Shown: piece after piece, positions 28,098 through 37,200 of the stretch
How positions within the stretch are numbered: the stretch's first letter is position 1
How the letters are laid out: each line of letters opens with the position of its first letter
Assembly: GCA_963666565.1 (NCBI GenBank)
Contig: OY762911.1
Location: forward strand, 3,136,001-3,200,000
DNA: 64,000 nucleotides
Source of the DNA: Thermoanaerobaculia bacterium
GTDB lineage: Bacteria; Acidobacteriota; Thermoanaerobaculia; Multivoradales; Multivoraceae
Direction of reading: 5' to 3'
Made by a program: the position numbers and the translations under genes
The notes under the pieces: model-generated
What the model saw: the letters and a program-made list of their open reading frames with translations, nothing else
Database searches by the model: none
What the model was told of the DNA's origin: nothing

Positions 28098-31000
28098 ATG
28101 ATTCCGTTGGCTTCACTGCTCGCTGGATGCCGCCGCGCAGCGCTGGCGTGCGGCTTGCCGGCGGCGCTTCTCCTTGCGCCGGCTTCCGCGGCGCAGGCGC
28201 AACGGCTGCTGACGCTCGTCCCGGGCGTTGCGGAAGCGTCCTCAACGGACGGTCCCGGCCCGTCGATCGGGCCGGTTCCGACGGCTGTGGAAGTGGACCT
28301 GGAGTTGCTCCGCAGCGCGCCGCCCCGGCTGGAGGTGCCGACGCCGGACGGCAGCGTCCTGTCGGCGGAACGAAGCGTGTTCGAGGACCGCGGCGGCGGC
28401 GACCTGATGTGGTCCGGCGGCCATCCCGACGCGGGATACGACACGGTTGTGCTGACGGTGGAGGGCGGCCGTCTGGTGGGCCGGTTCGGCGCGGCGGGCG
28501 GCGGGGCGTACCAGATCCACGCGGCGTCGGACGGCCGGGGCGGCATGGCCCCGGTCGGCGGCCCGCGGCCGGAGGGAGTGCCGTTCTGCGGGGTGGAGAC
28601 GACGCCGGAGGCCGCCCGCGACGCTGCGGTCCATGTTGGGGCGGGGTCCCGCGCAGCCGATCTTCCCGTGCCGGTGAGCAACCCGCAGAGCCACGACCGG
28701 CTGGACATCCTGGTGGGGTACACGGCGAAGGCGGCCAGGAACTGGGGAGGCCACAACGAAGCCCGGGCGGCGATCCGCCACGCCGGCGACTACCTGAAGA
28801 TGGTGTTCCGGAACAACGATCTCCCGGTCGAGCCGCACATCGTTCACATCGCGCAGGCGTCGGCCGCTCTGGACCGGGCGGGGAGAGACCGGGGCTACCA
28901 CGAGATCTCCCGGCTCAACCACAGACCCCTGTTGGACTGGACGAGCCTGGACGGGGAACTGCGCTACTTGCGGCACAAGCACCGGGCCGACCTGCTGCAT
29001 CTGTTCACGGGCGAGTCTGCCCAGCTGCTTGGCGTCTGCGGCTCAGCCGCGGTGTTGTGGGACAGCACTGCAGAGGAGTTCTCCTCGGCCGCCTACGGCT
29101 GGACCACGAACAACCCTCTGGCGTGCAAGGACTACGCGGTCGTCTTCGCGCACGAGATCGGCCACGGTCTTGACGCCGGCCACGATCCGACCAAGCTCGG
29201 CCCGTCGGGGAAGAACCTGCCCAGACCGTACGCCATCGGCCATGTGAACTACGACGCGATGCCGACCATCGGCACGGCGATGAGCCACCCGGGGCAGATC
29301 GAGCCGTTCTTCTCCACTTCCCGGATCCGACTCTGGGGCGCGGCGGTCGGCGTCGTCGACGAGGCGGACAACGAGCGGAGGTTGCGGGAGACCGTCCACA
29401 TCGGCGTGCGGTACAGCGACTACCTGAGGTCCGTGGAGGGGCTCCCGGCACCGCCGGGCGACCTTCAGGTGCGGCTGGACAGCGGCGTCGCGCGTCTCTC
29501 CTGGCGAGACAGGGCGCCGGGCGCGGACGGATACGAGGTCGAGTACCGGTGGTTTGAGCAGGGGTCGAACCTGTACCGGTATTCCCTGATCCGGGTCGAG
29601 AGTCGCTCAGGGGCGACCGTGCCCCTGGAGTTGAAGGAACCGGGCACGCGCCACGACTTCGTGGTGAGAGCGCTGAAAGGCGAGGCGCGGTCGCTTCGCA
29701 GCGACAGGGTCACGCTGGTGCTTCCCGGCGATCCCATCGCGGCGCCATCGAACGTTTCGGCGTGGGTCGCGCCCGGGAACCGCGTGGTCTACGTCCGTTG
29801 GACCGACAACTCGGACAACGAATCGGGTTTCGACGTGCAGCTTCTCCAGGACGGCGAGCCGCTGGCTCGGAGGCGAGTTGCGGCGGACAGCGAGGCTTCG
29901 AAGTTCGATTGGTGGTCGGTGGAGGCTCAAGGCGGCGCCGAGTACGGCGTGCGGGTGTTCGCCTACAACTCGTCGGGCTACTCCGAGAGCAGCGAAGTGG
30001 CGATCTTCCGGTGGGCGCGTCCTGACGCTCCGGGACCGGTCGCCGGCGTGTCCTTGTCGGCCATCGGACCGACGACCGTTCGCGTCGCCTGGACGATCGA
30101 GCCGGAGGTTCGCCGCTACCACGTCTATGCCGTGCTTCCAAACTGGCAAGACAGACGCTGGAGTTCCCAGTCTTACAACGTCTCCGGCGGTACTGCCTGG
30201 ACGGATTTCGAGAACCTGGCGCGCGGCGGCCGGTACAGGTTCCGCCTATCCGCCGAAGGACGGCGTGGCTGGAGCGTGCCTTCGTACCACTACCTGACCC
30301 TGGGGGAGCGCGGCGCGGGTCCGGAGGCGCCTTCGCGCCTTTCCTGGGCGAGGATGGACGATGGACGGATCCGCCTGAACTGGCGGGACAACTCGACCGA
30401 CGAACTGGGCTTCGAGGTCCAGGACGACCCCACGGAAACCCAAAACTGGCGGCGGGTGCTCACGGTCCCCGCAGATACGGAAACGGTCGTCTTCAGGCCA
30501 TTCGACCTGACCCCCTCCGCAAAGACCATCCGGGTCTTCGCCTACAACGAGCGCGGATACAGCACTCGCCGCGTGACGGAAACTCCGCGCGGGCCGGTGA
30601 AGGCCTCCTTCGGCCTCCACATCCGTTGCAGCGAGGACCTCTGCCGGGCGCTGACGGGGACGCCCGTGAGGCTCGTGGACACGAGCGGCGGCGGCGTGAC
30701 CGAGCGGCGCTGGAGTTTCGGCGACGGCGCCTCGTCGGACGCGGCGTCGCCGGTGCATACGTGGTCCACGCCGGGGTTCTACACCGTCACGCTGACGGTA
30801 AGCGACGGCTCGAGTTCGGACTCGGCGAGGCGGACGGTGCTGGTGGAGGCGGCCGCGCCCGCCGGTTCCTGTCGGGCGGATGCGGAGACGGTTTGCCTGC
30901 GGGACTCCCGCTACGAGGTGAAGATGGAGTGGCGGACCTCGGCCGGAGAGTCGGGCGCCGGGCGGGTCGTTCACGCGGGCACGAACGACTCGGGCCTGTT

Positions 31001-31235
31001 CCGGTTCTTCGACCCGGAGAACTGGGAAGTGCTGGTCAAGGTGCTGGACGGCTGCGCGATCAACGGGCGGGTCTGGGTGCTGGGCGCTTCGACGACGGAC
31101 CTCGGTTACCGGATCGCGGTGACCGACACGGTGACGGGCGAGTCGCGATCCTACGGGAACGAGCCCGGCCAGCCGTCGCCGGCGATCGTGGATGCGGAGG
31201 CGTTCGACTGCGCTGCCGGAGCGGCGCGGCGTTGA
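28098..31235 (+). CDS. Metzincin peptidase-FN3-PKD surface protein, copy 4 (1045 aa)
   Basis: HEIGHGLDAGHD, TAMSH, FN3 repeats, PKD domain (WSFGDG...PVHTWSTPGFYTVTLTVSDG), one Cys-rich C-terminal domain. Confidence 0.88.
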   Translation: MIPLASLLAGCRRAALACGLPAALLLAPASAAQAQRLLTLVPGVAEASSTDGPGPSIGPVPTAVEVDLELLRSAPPRLEVPTPDGSVLSAERSVFEDRGGGDLMWSGGHPDAGYDTVVLTVEGGRLVGRFGAAGGGAYQIHAASDGRGGMAPVGGPRPEGVPFCGVETTPEAARDAAVHVGAGSRAADLPVPVSNPQSHDRLDILVGYTAKAARNWGGHNEARAAIRHAGDYLKMVFRNNDLPVEPHIVHIAQASAALDRAGRDRGYHEISRLNHRPLLDWTSLDGELRYLRHKHRADLLHLFTGESAQLLGVCGSAAVLWDSTAEEFSSAAYGWTTNNPLACKDYAVVFAHEIGHGLDAGHDPTKLGPSGKNLPRPYAIGHVNYDAMPTIGTAMSHPGQIEPFFSTSRIRLWGAAVGVVDEADNERRLRETVHIGVRYSDYLRSVEGLPAPPGDLQVRLDSGVARLSWRDRAPGADGYEVEYRWFEQGSNLYRYSLIRVESRSGATVPLELKEPGTRHDFVVRALKGEARSLRSDRVTLVLPGDPIAAPSNVSAWVAPGNRVVYVRWTDNSDNESGFDVQLLQDGEPLARRRVAADSEASKFDWWSVEAQGGAEYGVRVFAYNSSGYSESSEVAIFRWARPDAPGPVAGVSLSAIGPTTVRVAWTIEPEVRRYHVYAVLPNWQDRRWSSQSYNVSGGTAWTDFENLARGGRYRFRLSAEGRRGWSVPSYHYLTLGERGAGPEAPSRLSWARMDDGRIRLNWRDNSTDELGFEVQDDPTETQNWRRVLTVPADTETVVFRPFDLTPSAKTIRVFAYNERGYSTRRVTETPRGPVKASFGLHIRCSEDLCRALTGTPVRLVDTSGGGVTERRWSFGDGASSDAASPVHTWSTPGFYTVTLTVSDGSSSDSARRTVLVEAAAPAGSCRADAETVCLRDSRYEVKMEWRTSAGESGAGRVVHAGTNDSGLFRFFDPENWEVLVKVLDGCAINGRVWVLGASTTDLGYRIAVTDTVTGESRSYGNEPGQPSPAIVDAEAFDCAAGAARR

Positions 31236-31273
31236 GCGGAGTACGCCATGCCGGCGAAGAGGGGGCAACCGCA

Positions 31274-34200
31274 ATGGGGGCTGTGACGATGACTTCCGGA
31301 AGAAGTGGACGAGGCGGCGCCCGGCGCCGGCGCGGGATGGCGGGCTTCTTCCTGGTACTCGCCTCTGTTGCCGGTGCGGCAAGCGGCGGGGACGACGCGG
31401 CTCACGTGTCGTCCTCCGGCGTGTTCCTGACGATGACGCGGGGAGGCAAGGCGACGGTGACGGTGACGATGCGGAACACCGGCACGACGACCTGGCAGAG
31501 GACGACCTCCGGGCAGACGGTGACCAGGTACTCGCTGGTCGCGCTTGGCCACGGCTGGGGAGTCAACAGCGTGTCGGTGTCGGACAGCGTGGCGCCGAAC
31601 TCGCCGCATGGTTTCGGATTCACGATCACTGCGCCGGAGACAGACGGGGACTACTCCTTCCGGTGGCAGATGTCGCGTTTCCGAAACGATATCAACAAGC
31701 CGATCGGCCCCATTATCGGCAGCGCCTCGACGACCCTTTTCGGTCAGAAGACGCCGAACGTGACGATTCGCGTGGAAGGCGAAGACGAATCCCCGTCGTT
31801 CGGGAAGAAGACGATCGGGAACATGACCCTGACAGTGGGCGCGAAGACGAGCGCGACTCTTCCGGCAGCGACCGGCGGCAACGGAGCGTTGAGTTACTCC
31901 CTGTCGCCGAAGCTCCCTGCCGGATTGACGTTCGACACGTCGACGCGGAGGCTGTCGGGCACGCCGAGCAAGGCGCAGAACGCGAAGACGTATACGTACA
32001 CCGTGACCGACTCGGACGAAAACACCGCGTCGAGCGACTCGGACACGTTGACGTTCACGATCAAGGTCAAGGCAAGGGAGGTCGACAGGAACCCGTCGTT
32101 CGGGGACCAGACGGCCGGGCCTTTCTACCCGCAAGTGAAACTGGGGATGGTCGAGGTTCTGCCAGCCGCGACCGGCGGCAACGGAAAGCTGAACTACTCG
32201 GTGTCGCCAACGCTGCCTCCCGGCTTGACGTTCAACGGCTCGACGCGGACGGTGTCGGGTACGCCGACGACAGAGCAGGACCCGACGGACTACACGTACA
32301 CGGTGACCGACTCGGACGACAACACCGCGCCCAGCGACTCGGACTCGTTGACATTCAAGATCGGAGTGTGGAAGGACAGGGTGCCGAAGTTCCAAGGAAG
32401 TGTCGGAAAGCAGGAGTGGATCGAGCGTCAGGCGTATTCGGTCCAGCTTCCCTGGGCGACCAGCGGCAATGGAAAGTTGTTGTACTCGCTGAACGCTTGT
32501 CTGCCTGCCGGCACGAGCCTGTCGAACAGGACCATCAGCGGCAAGCCGACAGAGTTGGGCGAGAAGGAATGCACCTGGACGGTGGTGGACTCGGACAACA
32601 ACACGGCGCCAAGCGACGCGGCCACGTTGACGTTCACGATCACGGTGGTGAAGGACGAGGTTCCCTCATTCGGGGACAAGAACGTCGACAAACAGGCCTG
32701 GACGAAGGACGAGGCGATAGCGCCGGTCATCCTCCCCGGGGCGACCGGCGGCAACGGGCCGCTGTCCTACAACTTCAGTTGCAATCTCCCCGCAGGCGTG
32801 AGCCGGTCGGGCCGGACCATCAGCGGCACGCCGACGGCGTTGCTGAGCACGGCGACGTGTACCTGGACGGCGACGGACAAGGACGGCGACACGGCCACAC
32901 TCAGGTTCAAGGTCTCCGTAGTGGAACCGCCGCCACCGGAACCGTCCCCACCGTCGTTCGGGAAGACGATCTCGAACATGACCCTGATCCGCAACCGGGC
33001 GATGACATCGAAGGTCCTGCCGCCGGCGACGGGCGGAACGGGGACCGTGACCTATTCGCTGTCGCCGACGCCGCCCGCCGGTCTGTCGTTCGACGCGTCT
33101 TCTTCTTCGCGGACGCTCTCGGGCACGCCGACCGCGGCGCAGGACGCGACGGAGTACACCTACACGGCGACGGACTCGGCCACGCCATCTCCGAACTCGG
33201 CGTCGCTGACGTTCACGATCGCGATAGTCGATCTGACCGTGAGCGCGACGAGTCTGACGGTTACGGAGGGTACGGCCGCGGAGGACAAGCGCGACTTCAC
33301 GGTGAAGCTGGCGACCCAGCCGACGGCCGACGTGACGGTGTCGGTGTCGAGCGTGGACACGACCGTCGCGACGGTGAGCTCGGCGAGCCTGACGTTCACG
33401 ACGACGAACTACAACACGGTCCAGACGGTGACGGTGGCGGGCGTGGAGGACGCGGACGCGGCCGACGAGAACACGACCGTCAGCCTGAGCGCGAGCGGCG
33501 GGGGCTACGCGAACGTGTCGGCCTCGGTGAGCGTGACGGTGGACGACGACGATACGCGGACTGTCGTCGTCAGCCCGGCGAGCAGGCCGGTGGCCGAGGG
33601 TGGCAGCGGCACCGTCGCGGTGAGTCTGGCGACGCAGCCGACGGCGAACGTGACGGTCTCGGTGTCGAGCGGCGACCCGGGCGCCGCGACGGCGAGTCCG
33701 GCGACCCTGACCTTCACGACGACGAACTACACCACAGCGCAGACGGTGACGGTGACGGGCGTGCAGGACGCCGACGCGTCCGACGAGAGCGTGACGGTCA
33801 GCCTGAGCGCAAGCGGCGGCGACTACGCCAACGTGTCGGCTTCGGTGAGCGTGACGGTGACCGACGACGACACGCGGACGGTCGTCGTCAGCCCGGCGAG
33901 CGTGACGGTGGCGGAGGGCGGCAACGGCACCGTCGCGGTGAGTCTGGCGACTCAGCCGACGGCCGACGTGACGGTGTCGTTGGTGAGCGGGGACCCGGGC
34001 GCCGCGACGGCGAGTCCGGCGAGCCTGACGTTCACGACGACGAACTACACCACGGCGCAGACGGTGACGGTCACGGGCAAGCAGGACGCCGACGCGTCCA
34101 ACGAGAGCGTGACCGTCAGCCTGAGCGCTGCCGGCGGCGACTACGCCAACGTGTCCGCTTCGGTGGGCGTGACGGTGACGGACGACGACACGAAGGCCTT

Positions 34201-37200
34201 GGTCGCCAGCGTAGCGAGCCTGACGGTGGCCGAGGGCGGCAGCGGCACGTTCACGGTGAATCTGGCGACTCAGCCGACGGCCGACGTGACGGTGTCGGTG
34301 ACGAGCGGAGACTCGGGCGCCGCGACGGCGAGTCCGGCGAGCCTGACGTTCACGACGACGAACTACGGCACGGCGCAGACCGTGACGGTGACCGGCGAGC
34401 AGGACGTGGACACGGTGAACGAGAGCACGACGGTCGGCCTGAGCGCGAGCGGCGGGGACTACGCCAACGTGTCGGCGTCGGTAGCCGTGACGGTGACCGA
34501 CGACGACAGCGCGGACAAGCAGCCCTCGTTCGGCGGCAAGACGATTTCCGACATGACCCTGACGCAGAACCGGGCGATGACCTCGACGGTGCTGCCCGCC
34601 GCCACCGACGGCGACGGGACCCTGGCCTACTCGCTGTCGCCGACGCTGCCCGCGGGCCTGTCGTTCGACTCTTCTCCTTCGTCGCGGACGCTCTCGGGCA
34701 CGCCCACGGCGACGCTGGCCGAGACGACCTACACGTACACGGCGACCGACACGGACGGCGACACGGCGACGCTCACGTTCAAGATCGCGGTGTCGGCGGC
34801 GCCGGCCATTCCGACCTTCAGCGAGACGATCCGCGACCGGACGTGGGTGAAGAACGTGTCGGTCGGGACGGTGACGCTGCCGGCGGCTATCGGCGGGACC
34901 GGCTCGTTGAGCTACTCGCTGACCGGGACCCTGCCCGCCGGCGTGACGTTCGACTCCTCGGCTCGGACCCTGTCGGGCACGCCGACGAAGAAGCAGTCCG
35001 CGGTCACGTATACCTACAAGGCGACGGACACCGCCGCCAAGTCGGCGACGCTCACGTTCACCATCCGGGTGGACGGCAAGGCGTCGGACGGCGCGGCGTT
35101 CGTGTCGTACACGGGCGTGCCCTCGACGATGACCGCCGGTTCGACGGCGACGGTGACCGTCCGGATGCGGAACGCGGGGACGACGACGTGGACCTCGGCC
35201 GCGGCCTACCAGTTGGGTTCGCAGCGGCCCGCCGACAACACGACCTGGGGCCTGAAGCGGGTCGCTCTGCCGGCCTCCACGCCGCCGAACGCGACGGCGG
35301 ACTTCTCGTTCAGCATCGCGGCGCCGGCGAAGACGGGGAGCTACAAGTTCCGGTGGCGGATGCTGAAGGGCGCGGCCGGCTGGTTCGGCGCCAAGACGAC
35401 GATCGAGACGATCGCGGTGACTGCGGCGCCGGACACGTCGCCGTCGTTCGGGACGCCGCCCCTCGACCTGACTTGGGTGAAGAACGTGTCGATCGGCACG
35501 GTGACGCTGCCGGCGGCGACGGGCGGCAACGGCAAGCTGACCTATTCGCTGACCGGGACCCTGCCCGCGGGCGTGACGTTCGACGCCACGGCGCGGACGC
35601 TGTCGGGGACGCCGACGAAGAAGCAGGCCGCGACGACGTACACCTACAAGGCGACGGACACGGACGGCGACGCGGCGACGGCCACGTTCACCATCCGGGT
35701 GGACGGGAAGGCGTCGGACGGCGCGTCGTTCGTGTCCTACACGGGCGTGCCTTCGACGATGGCGGCGGGTTCGACGGCGACGGTGACCGTCCGGATGAAG
35801 AACGCGGGCACGACGACCTGGACTTCGGGCGCGGGCTACCAGTTGGGCTCGCAACGGCCGGAGGACAACACGACGTGGGGCCTCAAGCGGGTCGCGCTGC
35901 CTTCGTCCACGCCGCCGAACGCGACGGCGGACTTCTCGTTCACGATCACGGCGCCGACGAAGACGGGGAGCTACAAGTTCCGGTGGCGGATGCTGAAGGG
36001 CGCGGCCGACTGGTTCGGCGCCAAGTCGACGCTCGAGACGATCGCGGTGGAGGCGGACACGACGCCGTCGTTCGGCTCGTCGCCCCTCGACAAGACGTGG
36101 GTGAAGAACGTGGCCATCGGGACGGTGACGCTGCCGGCGGCGACGGGCGGCAACGGCAGCCTGAGCTACTCGCTGACCGGGACCCTGCCGGCTGGCGTGA
36201 CGTTCGACGACTCGACGCGGCGGCTGTCGGGGACGCCGACGAGCAAGCAGGACGCGACGACGTACACCTACAAGGCGACGGACGCGGACGGCGACGCGGC
36301 GACGGCCACGTTCACCATCCGGGTGGCGGGCAAGGCGTCGGACGGGGCGACGTTCGTGTCGTACAGCGGCGTGCCGACGAAGATCGTCGCCGGCGGCAAG
36401 GCGACGGTGACGGTGCGGATGCAGAACACGGGCACGACGACGTGGACGTCGGCGAACTACAAGCTGGGTTCCCAGCGGCCGGAGAACAACACGACGTGGG
36501 GCCTCAAGCGGGTATCGCTCGCATCGGACGTGGCGCCGAACGCGACGGGCGACTTCACGTTCACGATCGTGGCGCCGACGACGACGGGGAGCTACAAGTT
36601 CCGGTGGCAGATGATCCAGGGCGCGTCGGGCTGGTTCGGCGCCAAGACGACGCTCAACACGATCACGGTGGAGAACCCGTCGTTCGGGGACGCGACGGTG
36701 GCCGACCAGGCGTGGATCAAGGGCACGCCGATCGCGACCCTGACGCTGCCGGCCGCGAGCGGCGGCACGGGCGCTTTGACTTACGCGCTGACGCCCTCGC
36801 CGCCGGCGGGCGTGACCTTCACGGAGGCGACGCGGACGCTGGCGGGGACGCCGACGGCGGCGAAGGCGCAGGCCTGGTACACGTACACGGCGACGGACAC
36901 GGCCGGCGAAAAGGCGACGCTCTCGTTCCGGATCAAGGCGACGGAGGCGCCGGTGGACAACGCGGCGTTCGTGTCGTACTCGGGCGTGCCGTCGAAGATG
37001 GCGGCGGGCGGCACGGCGACGGTGACGGTGACGATGCGGAACACCGGCACGACCACGTGGACGTCCGCCGCGGGCTACAAGCTGGGCGCGCAGAGCCCGG
37101 CGGACAACACGACCTGGGTCTCGAGCCGGGTGTCCGTGCCTTCGGACACGGCCCCGAACGCGACGGCGGACTTCACGTTCGCGATCGCGGCGCCGTCGAC

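Noticed and set aside
16084-31235. Diversity-generating retroelement or invertase shufflon behind the paralog variation
   Set aside because: No reverse transcriptase or recombinase in the window; differences are not obviously adenine-restricted; all copies are in direct orientation
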